64,000 bases of DNA, from NCBI GenBank assembly GCA_030531905.1, contig JAUNMG010000003.1:3641-67640 (forward strand), written 5' to 3'. This document shows positions 19,818-28,937 of the stretch, piece by piece. The translations under genes and the position numbers were made by a program. This stretch comes from a bacterium. Its GTDB lineage: Bacteria; Bacillota_I; Bacilli_A; RF39; UBA660. How positions within the stretch are numbered: the stretch's first letter is position 1; each line of letters opens with the position of its first letter. The notes under the pieces are model-generated. The model saw only the letters and a program-made list of their open reading frames with translations, searched no databases and had not been told where the DNA came from.

Positions 19818-21605
19818 TTAAGCGCTCTTTTTTGTATATTGATATCCATCATCTTCGCCAAGATATCCAAACTCTATATTACTGTCTGAATCATTATTAT
19901 CATTTTCTTTTTCTGGCGTAAATATTGTATTAGCTTCAGCTACAGCATTTCCTAAAGCTGTTATTCCTGCAACTTGTTCTTTTAATGTTGTATTTTGTGT
20001 TTTTAAATGATCAATAATCTCTTCTTGCCTAGAATTAGTTGACTTCAAATGATTATTTTCTCTAGTTAAATCTGTATTATCGCTACGGTATTTACTCATT
20101 GCTTTTCTTAAGGAAATTATTTCTTTTGTTTTCTCACTATTATCTTCTTTTAAGATCTCATTAGTTGAATTAAGAGTTTCTATTTCCCCTTCTTGTCTAT
20201 CAATTATTTGCCTTTGTTTTCTATTTTCTTCTAATAATTTTTTTATTGTATTAGTAGCATTTATAATAACTGGATTACTAATTTCTTCCTCAAAATTATC
20301 TTCATAAGAATCTTGATTTGAATTTTCTTCTTGTTGTTCATTTAAATTTTCATCTACATGATTTGAATTATAATCTTCTCCACCATCTAAGTAGCTATCA
20401 TCGGAAACATCAGTTTCTTGATTTAATTCAGTTGAATTATTTGATGTTTCATCATCTGAAATATCATTTAAAGAAGAATTTTCTGTTTGTTCAGAACCAC
20501 CATCTTCTTCAAATACATCTGAATTATTATAATCAACTTCATTTTTTACTTCCTCAGTAGTATTAATATCATCACCTATATTTAATTTAACTTCTTCTGA
20601 TAGCTCATTAGTTGGTTCTGATAATTCATTATTTTCAGATATTTCTTGTTGACTATCTATATTTGAAGTATCATTATTACTAACATTAACATCTTCTGAA
20701 GAAATATTTGATTCTTGATTACTCATTTCGTTATCTGTATCTAGTTCTGGTTTTTGAATAGATGGTATCTCAATATCTGGAATTGCTATATTTTCTGATT
20801 TTTTTTCTATTTTCTGTTCATCTTTCTTCGCTGTTTCTTCTAAATTTTGTTGATTTTCCTGAGACTGTTCCTGATTATCCATATTTATATCTGGTAATAA
20901 AGGTGCTTGGTTATTAAAGCTTTCATTTTGAATAGTATTTTCTACAGAAGACTCTTGTTGCTCAATTTGTTCATTATTACTTTCTTGACTATCAACTTGA
21001 TTTGTTTCTTCTTGAGCTTGATTTGCTGCATTTGCATAAGGATCATATTTAGAAATAGGACTACCAACAACATTTTGACTCATATAATAAGCCCCATTAC
21101 TTAATCCTATAAAACTAAAATAGTTATTTGCTAAATTAACTCCACTTGCTGTGAATAAAGCAGCCTCTGAAAATTGATTATCAAAAACATAACTACTATT
21201 TGAACCCATTACACTCTTCATTTGACTCTTTATAGTATCAGAAGTTTGAATAAGTTCAGCTGCTGATAATGGATCAGTTTGCTTACTAGCAGCATCCACT
21301 ACAGATTGAGTAGTAGGTTTTGCTTTTTCTACCAATAACAAATCATCAGATAAAGCCTTAATATTTTTATTTTCAAAAGGAATTAAAACATTTCCATCCT
21401 TATCAATAAGACCTAATGATGTATATGGAGCATGGCCTATTCCTTCCTTTAATATAGGTGTAGAAATAATATTTCCATTTTTTAAAGTTCCATTTTCTAT
21501 AAAGAAATATGTTTTACCATCATCAGTTTTTAAATATGTTACTTCAGTATCAGGAAATCCAGGATCCTGAACTTTACCTTTCAATATCTCCATCTCATAC
21601 ACCAC
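19818..21605 (-). CDS. Large protein: globular N-domain, long acidic N/E/D/S/Q-rich low-complexity centre, C-terminal coiled coil
   Basis: 595 aa. Residues about 200-440 are compositionally biased. Residues about 450-545 read as heptad-like (LKEDNSEKTKEIISLRKAMSKYR...LKTQNTTLKEQV). No family was recognised. Confidence 0.5.
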   Translation of the reverse strand: MVYEMEILKGKVQDPGFPDTEVTYLKTDDGKTYFFIENGTLKNGNIISTPILKEGIGHAPYTSLGLIDKDGNVLIPFENKNIKALSDDLLLVEKAKPTTQSVVDAASKQTDPLSAAELIQTSDTIKSQMKSVMGSNSSYVFDNQFSEAALFTASGVNLANNYFSFIGLSNGAYYMSQNVVGSPISKYDPYANAANQAQEETNQVDSQESNNEQIEQQESSVENTIQNESFNNQAPLLPDINMDNQEQSQENQQNLEETAKKDEQKIEKKSENIAIPDIEIPSIQKPELDTDNEMSNQESNISSEDVNVSNNDTSNIDSQQEISENNELSEPTNELSEEVKLNIGDDINTTEEVKNEVDYNNSDVFEEDGGSEQTENSSLNDISDDETSNNSTELNQETDVSDDSYLDGGEDYNSNHVDENLNEQQEENSNQDSYEDNFEEEISNPVIINATNTIKKLLEENRKQRQIIDRQEGEIETLNSTNEILKEDNSEKTKEIISLRKAMSKYRSDNTDLTRENNHLKSTNSRQEEIIDHLKTQNTTLKEQVAGITALGNAVAEANTIFTPEKENDNNDSDSNIEFGYLGEDDGYQYTKKSA

Positions 21606-21717
21606 CTTATTATATAAAGTATCATATCACATTTTTAATAACTTAACAATCACATTATTAAAATTTTTTCTAGTTATTGCTATATTGCTTTTTAGAACTC
21701 TTTTCGTTAAAATATAA

Positions 21718-22473
21718 TTGGTGGTAGTTATGAATTACAAAAATAAATTAGTACTAGAGATGGGAATCTTTTTTATTATAGTCTTTGGTCTTTTTACTTA
21801 TATAGTTTTAAACGAAAAAAAACACGTTATCTTACTTCCTAAGGTTGAAGAAAAACTTAATAAATACATAGATAACAATTACAGTAAAGAAAAAATTAAT
21901 TTAAATATAGGTAAAGCCAAATATGATATAAATGATAAAACTTACAAAATAAAATTAACTAACTCTAAAAACAAAAATCTTTATTTTTATGTTAGTTATA
22001 AGAATAAGAAAATAACGTCTACTTATGAAAAAGATTATAAAGAAGGAAAAACTCTTTATGAAAATTTTAATAATACTTATCAAAAACAGGTAAAATATAA
22101 AAATAGTAAGATTGTTTTTCAAAAAAAACTTAATAGTTATCCAAATACTGTTTATGAAAAAATAATTAACAATGAAGTAAAAAATCTACCTATATATAAC
22201 ACTACTACAGAGTTAACTGTTAAAGATCATAAGGAAGAAACACTTGTTAAATCTATTAATAAATTTTACTTAAAAATTAAAAAACTTTGTTATAATCCTA
22301 AAGAATATAATTTTACTATTGTTGATCAAAATGATCTTACTTTTATGGTAAAAGTGTCTAATTTAGATAATAATCTAATAGAAAATAACTTAAATGAAAT
22401 AATACGTGCTATAATAGGTAATGACAAAAATATTATGAAGAAATATTCTATTAAATATGAATATTTAGCTTAG
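21718..22473 (+). CDS. Membrane-anchored hypothetical protein
   Basis: 251 aa with a single N-terminal TM and a Lys/Asn-rich ectodomain. The likely true start is the ATG at 21730 (MNYKNK). Confidence 0.45.
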   Translation: MVVVMNYKNKLVLEMGIFFIIVFGLFTYIVLNEKKHVILLPKVEEKLNKYIDNNYSKEKINLNIGKAKYDINDKTYKIKLTNSKNKNLYFYVSYKNKKITSTYEKDYKEGKTLYENFNNTYQKQVKYKNSKIVFQKKLNSYPNTVYEKIINNEVKNLPIYNTTTELTVKDHKEETLVKSINKFYLKIKKLCYNPKEYNFTIVDQNDLTFMVKVSNLDNNLIENNLNEIIRAIIGNDKNIMKKYSIKYEYLA

Positions 22474-22482
22474 GAGGAGAAA

Positions 22483-22878
22483 ATGAAAGATTGTCTTTTT
22501 TGTAAAATTATAAATAATGAAATACCATCTTCTACTGTTTATGAAGATGATTTAATTAAAGTATTTTTAGATATTAACCCAACTACTAATGGACATATGT
22601 TAATAATACCTAAAAAACATCATGTAAATGTTATGGATATTGATGAAGATGTTGTTAGTCATGCCCTTAAAGTAATTAGAGAAAAACTATATCCAATGCT
22701 TAAAGAAAATCTAGGTTGTGATGGTTTAACTATTGTTCAAAATAATGAGTATGGTCAAGAAGTAAAACACTATCACATTCATCTTATTCCAAGATATCAA
22801 GATGATTTAGTTAGCGATAGTTACAATAAAGAAATGCTTATTCCTGTTGAAGAAGTATTTGCTAGGCTTTCAAAATAG
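22483..22878 (+). CDS. HIT family (histidine triad) nucleotide hydrolase
   Basis: 131 aa. It has CLFCKII, INPTTNGHMLIIPKKH and the HYHIHLIP histidine triad. Confidence 0.9.
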   Translation: MKDCLFCKIINNEIPSSTVYEDDLIKVFLDINPTTNGHMLIIPKKHHVNVMDIDEDVVSHALKVIREKLYPMLKENLGCDGLTIVQNNEYGQEVKHYHIHLIPRYQDDLVSDSYNKEMLIPVEEVFARLSK

Positions 22879-23401
22879 TAATTACTAAATCTATAAAAAA
22901 ACAAACTAGTACCAAGTAAGTAATATAACTTGGTATTTTTTTTATTAATTTATCTAAAATTGGTTTCAATAAATATATGACTATTAATGACATAACACCC
23001 CAACAAAGACTTATTTCTAAAGAAATATAGTTACCATAATTAAATTTTAAATCACTATAATCCCAGAAAACTTTCCCTGTAATTACTTCAATTAAGTTTC
23101 CACCAATAAATTCAAGGGTTGTGAGAATTAATACTGCCAGTAAAAAAACTAAAATTATCTTTACCCATCTAGATATCTTTATTCTATTAAACACAAATCT
23201 CATAATAGCAATAATTAAACAACAACCCAAACCATAAATAGGTATCCATGGTCCATATAAAAAACCATTATTTAACTTTGGAAAAAACAGATATTTTAGA
23301 GTCGTTTCCATAATAAAACCTAAGACAGAGTATACTAAAAATACATTTAAATAATACATAATTTTTTCTTTCATAATATCACCAGTATTAATATGCCCCA
23401 A
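22862..23401 (-). CDS. Polytopic membrane protein (resembles the DUF1113 / 'ABC-transporter type IV' family)
   Basis: 179 aa with 4-5 TM segments and the segments VYSVLGFIMETT and YGPWIPIYG. The family call is from memory only. Confidence 0.45.
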   Translation of the reverse strand: MGHINTGDIMKEKIMYYLNVFLVYSVLGFIMETTLKYLFFPKLNNGFLYGPWIPIYGLGCCLIIAIMRFVFNRIKISRWVKIILVFLLAVLILTTLEFIGGNLIEVITGKVFWDYSDLKFNYGNYISLEISLCWGVMSLIVIYLLKPILDKLIKKIPSYITYLVLVCFFIDLVITILKA

Positions 23402-23430
23402 AAAAAGAGAATTAATTAATTCTCCTTAAG

Positions 23431-23538
23431 TTAGCAAGCAATACTGCTTCCTAAAATTATAGCAAGTAAGATATATAAAACAATTATAATTATATATCCT
23501 CCTCTATTACCATGACATGTATTTTCTTGGCAAGCCAT
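23431..23538 (-). CDS. Tiny membrane peptide, YjcZ-like (35 aa); not in the ORF track
   Basis: MACQENTCHGNRGGYIIIIVLYILLAIILGSSIAC is preceded by GGAGGTG 6 nt upstream. A Gly-rich head plus one hydrophobic helix resembles YjcZ-family sporulation peptides. Confidence 0.5.
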   Translation of the reverse strand: MACQENTCHGNRGGYIIIIVLYILLAIILGSSIAC

Positions 23539-23551
23539 TTAAAACACCTCC

Positions 23552-23632
23552 TTAAATATAAGCTCCTAAAATAATAATTAAAAGAATAAATAATACTAAT
23601 ATAATTGCAGATGATGAAACATAGTTACCCAT
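23552..23632 (-). CDS. Tiny membrane peptide, YjcZ-like (26 aa); not in the ORF track
   Basis: MGNYVSSSAIILVLFILLIIILGAYI is preceded by AAAGGAGGAA. It lies in tandem with the 35-aa peptide, 13 nt apart. Confidence 0.5.
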   Translation of the reverse strand: MGNYVSSSAIILVLFILLIIILGAYI

Positions 23633-23788
23633 ATATAAATTTCCTCCTTTTTTTTATGGTATTCACATTATTTTATGGCAAAAGTATCATTTGTGTGATT
23701 ATATCTATCTAATTTATTAAAAATATTTCGATTTCATTGCAGAATAAAGTTTTTTTTGTTATTATAAATAATTGATAGGAGGAAAATC

Positions 23789-24805
23789 ATGAATAAGAAA
23801 AAAATTGGAGTTACTGCTTTAGCACTACTTACTCTTACAACTATTACAACAGGTTGTGGAAAAACAGCTAAACTAAAAACTGATGATGAAACAGTAGTAG
23901 CTTTAAAGAATAGTAAAATAACAGCAAATGCACTATATAAGGAATTAAAGAAAAATTCTGTAGAAAAATTAATTGATATGATAGATCATAAGTTATTTGA
24001 TAAAAAGTATCCTAGTGATGATACTGAAAAGAAATCAATTGATGATCAAATTAGTCAAATAAAATCATACTATGGTGATAATGAATCTAATTATTTAGCA
24101 GCTATTAAATCATATTTTGGAGTAGAAAGTGAAGATGAATTGAAAAATAAACTTTCACTAGAATACAAAAGAGGTTTAGCTGTAAATGACTATTTAGAAG
24201 ATAATATTAAAGATGATGAAATTAATAAATACTATGAAGAAAACGTTTATGGAGACATAAAGGCTAGCCATATCTTAATTTCAGTTAAAACTAAAGATGG
24301 AATGAGCGATGAAGAAAAAGAGAAAGCTAAGAAAAATGCTTATAAGAAAGCCCAAGATATCATCAAAAAACTAGATGCAGGAGAAAAATTCGAAGATCTT
24401 GCTAAAAAATATTCCGATGATAGTACAAATGCTAAAAATGGTGGTAATTTAGGATATTTTAATAAAGATGATATGGATTCTAATTTCTGGAATGCAGCTT
24501 TAAAACTTGAAAAAAATAAATATAGTAGTGAACCTGTAGAATCATCTTATGGATATCATATTATTTTAAAAACTGGTGAAAAGAAAAAAGAATCACTAAA
24601 GAGTATGAAAAAAGAAATTAAAGAAAAACTTGCTAAAGAAAAATTAAATAATGACAATACCCTTTATTATGAATCTTTAATTGAAATCAGAAAAGAAAAT
24701 AAAATTTCATTTGGTGATAGTCAGTTAGAAAAAGCTTATAATGATTATATGGATAATTTAATTAAACAAGCTAAAGAAAATTCTAATTCTAGTAGTAATA
24801 AATAG
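23789..24805 (+). CDS. prsA: Foldase lipoprotein PrsA (parvulin-type peptidyl-prolyl isomerase)
   Basis: 338 aa. It has a lipobox LTTITTGC and a parvulin core (KASHILI ... GGNLGYF ... SSYGYHIILK). Confidence 0.85.
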   Translation: MNKKKIGVTALALLTLTTITTGCGKTAKLKTDDETVVALKNSKITANALYKELKKNSVEKLIDMIDHKLFDKKYPSDDTEKKSIDDQISQIKSYYGDNESNYLAAIKSYFGVESEDELKNKLSLEYKRGLAVNDYLEDNIKDDEINKYYEENVYGDIKASHILISVKTKDGMSDEEKEKAKKNAYKKAQDIIKKLDAGEKFEDLAKKYSDDSTNAKNGGNLGYFNKDDMDSNFWNAALKLEKNKYSSEPVESSYGYHIILKTGEKKKESLKSMKKEIKEKLAKEKLNNDNTLYYESLIEIRKENKISFGDSQLEKAYNDYMDNLIKQAKENSNSSSNK

Positions 24806-24829
24806 TAAAAAGTAATCCGAAAAGTTGGA

Positions 24830-27409
24830 TTACTTTTTTCTTTTTAAATAATATTTTCTAAGTAAATCAACTGGTATTACCGTAAATGATAGTAGAATTG
24901 TTATTAAGAATTCATTTAATAAAAGGCCATATGATCTGAACAAGCTTCCTCCATAATAAATTATTAAAATTTGAACTACTATTATAAATAAAATTATTAA
25001 GATAAATGGTTTGTTTTGCCTCAATGATGAAAATAAATTTAATCTTTCTGTTCTAGCATTAAAACTATTAAATATTCCTATAAATATAAATAGAGTAAAA
25101 AATGCAGTCATGAAGCATTTATAACTTCCATCCATTCTATAGAAAGTTCTAATAAAAGGATTTTTTAAGAAAAAAATACAAAGTAATGCTGAATAAATAC
25201 CTGTGAATAATATTTCACCATACATATAAGAATTCATTATATTTTCATCTTTTTTCTTAGGTTTTTCCTTCATATATTCTTGTAATGGTACTTCATATGA
25301 GAAAGCTATACCTGCTAAAGTATCCATAATCATATTTATCCACAACATTTGAATAACTGTAACTGGTGTTTTTACTCCAATAAATGGTCCTATTATAGAT
25401 AAGCTTATAGCGCATAAGTTAATAGTAAGTTGAAAAATTATGAATTTTCTAATACTTTTAAAAATTGTTCTTCCATAAAGAATTGCTTTTGATATTGATA
25501 AGAAATTATCGTCTAAAATAACAATATCACTAGCCTCTTTGGCTACTTCTGTTCCACTTCCCATTGAGAAACCTACATCAGCTTTTTTCAATGCTGGAGC
25601 ATCGTTTACACCGTCTCCAGTCATTCCAACAACAAGTCCTAATTCTTCAGAAAGTCTAACTAACCTACTTTTATCCTGAGGAAGACTTCTTGCTACAACC
25701 TTCAACTTAGGAATTATTTTTTTTACCTTCTCATCACTCATTGTATTTAACTCATCACTAGTTATAACTAAGTCAGAATTAGATGTTATGATTCCAACTT
25801 CTTTAGCAATAGAATACGCTGTATCCTTATGATCTCCTGTAATCATTACTGTTTGAATACCAGCAAAAGTTACCGATTTAACACCTTCAATTGCTTCTTT
25901 TCTAATATCATCTTTTATATATAAGATACTAGTAAAAACTAAACTATCTTTGTTAATATAACTATTCTTCTTATAAGCTAAAAGAATTACCCTAATTCCT
26001 TGTTTTGTTTTTTCATCTATTTTCTTTTTAATTAATACTTTATCTCTAAAAGGAATTTCCATTCCAGTCTCTGATAAATAATAATCGCATTTTTCTAATA
26101 ACTTTTCAGGAGCACCTTTAACATAAGTAGTTTTATCATTGTCAGAAATAGATACTTCTGAATATTTTTCTTTACTGTCAAACGGTTTTACTTTTTCTTT
26201 TTTATAAATCATCCTAGAATCCGTTTTTATAAAATTTAGTAAAGCCCTATCTGTAATATTTCCTCCAACTGCTTTATTTGCCTCATCATAGTAACTAGCA
26301 TTATTATATAAGCAATTATTTTTTAGATGTTCATGTAGTTTTTTATTTTTCAAAATCTCTTGTTCTGTTCTATATTCACATAAATTACCTGTAAGAATAC
26401 CAACTACTTCTAATTTTCCATAAGTTAATGTACCTGTTTTATCTGTAAACAATATATTGAGACTACCTGCTGTTTCTATTCCCACCATTTTTCTTACTAA
26501 AACATTATTTTTTAACATTCGTCTCATATTAGATGATAATACCAAAGTAATCATCATTGGTAATCCTTCAGGTACTGCCACAACAATAATTGTAACACTC
26601 AAAGTTAAAGCATACAAAATATTGGCAAATAATACTGGAAAATTAGTAATTGTATTTATTATTTGATGTAATTGAAAATTATTTTTAATAACTATTTCAG
26701 AAAAAAGATAAGAAAAACTTACTAGAATTGCCCCAATATAACCTATTTTACTAATTACTTGGGCTAATTTTTGTAATCGAAGTTTCATTGGACTATCTGG
26801 ACTCTTTTCTTGCAATTCTTTTGCCATATGTCCATAGAAAGTGTCATCTCCTACCTTTTTTACTAACATAAAGGCCTCTTTTGAGTAAACAACTGTTCCT
26901 CTAAATACATTTTTATCATGATTTTTAGACTTTAAAACCTCTCTTGTTTCGCCATTAATACTTGATTCATCTACAAAAATCTCACCAGAAATAATTTCAC
27001 CATCTGCGGGTATTTTATCACCAGTTTGGAGAATAACTACGTCACCTACTACAACATCATCTATTAAAATTTCCTCAATATGGGAATTTCTTTTTACTCT
27101 GCATTTAATCCTTGAAGATTCTTCTTGTAATTTTTCAAACGCTGCCTCACTACCATATTCAGATATAGTAGAAATAAAAGATGCTACAAATATAGCAATT
27201 ACAATTCCTATTGTTTCAAACCAATCAAAATCATGAAATAAAAATAATGTTTTAACAGCAAGCGCGATAAGTAAAATTTTAATAATAGGATCTCCAAGAG
27301 ACTCTAAAAGTAATTTAAAGAAACTATTTTTCTCTTTCGAACTTATTTGATTAGTACCATATTTTTTTCTGTTTTCTATTACTTCTTTTGAACTAAGACC
27401 ATTAATCAT
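24830..27409 (-). CDS. Calcium-translocating P-type ATPase (P2A/P2B type)
   Basis: 859 aa. The motifs are N-terminal LSSKEV..R...YG.N, TGET-like NGETREV, DKTGTLT, MITGDHKDTA and TGDGVNDAPALKKADVG, with about 10 TM segments. Confidence 0.9.
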   Translation of the reverse strand: MINGLSSKEVIENRKKYGTNQISSKEKNSFFKLLLESLGDPIIKILLIALAVKTLFLFHDFDWFETIGIVIAIFVASFISTISEYGSEAAFEKLQEESSRIKCRVKRNSHIEEILIDDVVVGDVVILQTGDKIPADGEIISGEIFVDESSINGETREVLKSKNHDKNVFRGTVVYSKEAFMLVKKVGDDTFYGHMAKELQEKSPDSPMKLRLQKLAQVISKIGYIGAILVSFSYLFSEIVIKNNFQLHQIINTITNFPVLFANILYALTLSVTIIVVAVPEGLPMMITLVLSSNMRRMLKNNVLVRKMVGIETAGSLNILFTDKTGTLTYGKLEVVGILTGNLCEYRTEQEILKNKKLHEHLKNNCLYNNASYYDEANKAVGGNITDRALLNFIKTDSRMIYKKEKVKPFDSKEKYSEVSISDNDKTTYVKGAPEKLLEKCDYYLSETGMEIPFRDKVLIKKKIDEKTKQGIRVILLAYKKNSYINKDSLVFTSILYIKDDIRKEAIEGVKSVTFAGIQTVMITGDHKDTAYSIAKEVGIITSNSDLVITSDELNTMSDEKVKKIIPKLKVVARSLPQDKSRLVRLSEELGLVVGMTGDGVNDAPALKKADVGFSMGSGTEVAKEASDIVILDDNFLSISKAILYGRTIFKSIRKFIIFQLTINLCAISLSIIGPFIGVKTPVTVIQMLWINMIMDTLAGIAFSYEVPLQEYMKEKPKKKDENIMNSYMYGEILFTGIYSALLCIFFLKNPFIRTFYRMDGSYKCFMTAFFTLFIFIGIFNSFNARTERLNLFSSLRQNKPFILIILFIIVVQILIIYYGGSLFRSYGLLLNEFLITILLSFTVIPVDLLRKYYLKRKK

Positions 27410-27483
27410 AATTTTCCTCCTAGGAAAAACTATGAATTTTATTTTTATTTATGAATAACTTTCATTTCTTCGACAAAAGTGGA

Positions 27484-27508
27484 TAAAAAAAAGACTATTT
27501 CTAGTCTT
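27484..27508 (-). terminator. Rho-independent terminator after hsp20
   Basis: The reverse strand reads AAGACTA-GAAA-TAGTCTT followed by TTTTTTTT. The stem overlaps the hsp20 stop codon. Confidence 0.6.
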
Positions 27509-27899
27509 CTATCATTATAACTTTTTTGGTTTCTTTCTTTTCTTCTTCTTTAGGAACTGAAATTTTTAGGATACCATCTTTAAATTTAGCTTTAATATCT
27601 TCATCTTTGATATTGCCAACATAAAATTGTCTTTCACATTTTGAATAACAATGTCTTTCACGACGAACGTATTTTTTACCATCTTTTTCTTCACTATCAG
27701 ATTTCTTTTCTGCAGATATTTTTAAATATCCATCATCAAGTTCCATATTGATATCTTCCTTTTTAAAACCTGGGACATCCATTTCGATAACATAATTATT
27801 ATCTTCTTCATAAATATCACATTTCATCATTTTATCTAATTTTTTTGGAGATTCAAAGTCATCAAAGAAATTATCAAAAAATACTCTACTAGGTAGCAC
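27501..27899 (-). CDS. Hsp20/alpha-crystallin small heat-shock protein
   Basis: The alpha-crystallin domain reads DIYEEDNNYVIEMDVPGFKKEDINMELDDGYLKISA...GILKISVPK. The start was moved to the GTG at 27899 (RBS AAAGGAAGTGA), because the longer ORF would run through its own operator/promoter. Confidence 0.85.
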   Translation of the reverse strand: MLPSRVFFDNFFDDFESPKKLDKMMKCDIYEEDNNYVIEMDVPGFKKEDINMELDDGYLKISAEKKSDSEEKDGKKYVRRERHCYSKCERQFYVGNIKDEDIKAKFKDGILKISVPKEEEKKETKKVIMIED

Positions 27900-27939
27900 T
27901 ATTATCACTTCCTTTCTATAGACAATATTAGCACTATTT

Positions 27940-27966
27940 TTAGCACTTGTCAAGTGAGTTTGCTAA
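27940..27966. promoter_or_regulatory. CIRCE-like inverted repeat (HrcA operator) upstream of hsp20
   Basis: TTAGCACTT-GTCAAGTGA-GTTTGCTAA against the CIRCE consensus TTAGCACTC-N9-GAGTGCTAA. A TTGACA hexamer lies in the spacer on the gene strand. Confidence 0.6.
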
Positions 27967-28104
27967 AAAATAAAATATACTACATTTATATTATCTTTAA
28001 TATGTAATAACTTTATTCATATAATTGTGAAATTTTCTTGAATTTTATTTGTTTTTATAGAAATATGTACTAAATTATGATATTCTTAACATGGAGGTAA
28101 GAGT

Positions 28105-28749
28105 ATGAAAAATAAATTGGTATTTTTAGTAGTTGGTATTTTTGGACTTACTTTATTTGTAACACCTAATATAGTTAGTGCTAAAACAGAAACTACTGAT
28201 TTAAAAGAAACTGTAAAAGAAGAAATTGAATTATTTAAAAGTGCTGATGGATATGAAGACTATGTTAAGCAATTAGAAGAAGCTGATTTATCTAACTATG
28301 AAGAAAGTAAAGATAAAGTAAATATTTATTTCTTCAGAGGTAGTACTTGTAGTCATTGTTTTGAGGCAACTGTTTTCTTTGCTAATATTGCTCAAGAATA
28401 TGGACAATACTTCAATTTAAAGGCTTATGAAGTATGGAGTAATAATGATAATGCTGCACTTATGGAAAAAGTTGGTAATAAACTTGGTGATGATGTAAGT
28501 GGTGTTCCATATATAGTTATAGGTAAAAAATCATGGACTGGATATGCTAGTTCATATGATGATGCTATCAAGTCTGAAATAAAGAGTCAATATGATAAAA
28601 AAGTAAGTGACAGAGACGACGTTGTTAAAAATCTAAACGTAAAAGATTCCACTTCTTCATCTAGCGATGTAGTTGCACTACTAATAATTGTTCTAGCAGT
28701 TGCTGGAATTACTACTGGAATTGTTTATACTAGAAAAAATGCATCATAA
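28105..28749 (+). CDS. Secreted, C-terminally membrane-anchored thioredoxin-fold protein (CxxC)
   Basis: 214 aa with a signal peptide. It has YFFRGSTCSHCFEA (CxxC), GVPYIVIG (cis-Pro region) and a C-terminal TM LLIIVLAVAGITTGIVY. Confidence 0.6.
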   Translation: MKNKLVFLVVGIFGLTLFVTPNIVSAKTETTDLKETVKEEIELFKSADGYEDYVKQLEEADLSNYEESKDKVNIYFFRGSTCSHCFEATVFFANIAQEYGQYFNLKAYEVWSNNDNAALMEKVGNKLGDDVSGVPYIVIGKKSWTGYASSYDDAIKSEIKSQYDKKVSDRDDVVKNLNVKDSTSSSSDVVALLIIVLAVAGITTGIVYTRKNAS

Positions 28750-28750
28750 A

Positions 28751-28776
28751 AAGCAAAGTAAAATTTGCTTTTTTTA
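28751..28776 (+). terminator. Rho-independent terminator
   Basis: AGCAAA-gtaaaa-TTTGCT followed by TTTTTT, immediately after the stop codon. Confidence 0.65.
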
Positions 28777-28937
28777 TTTTATTATTAGTTGTTAAATAGT
28801 AGCGACGAAATTATTACCAACAACTATTTTATCCAGTAATGTTAAATAATATTTCATGCTAAAAAACTAAAAGTTTATAATATTATATACAATCATTTTG
28901 ATAACTAAAAAAACTCGTGCAATATTACAAAAGTTTC

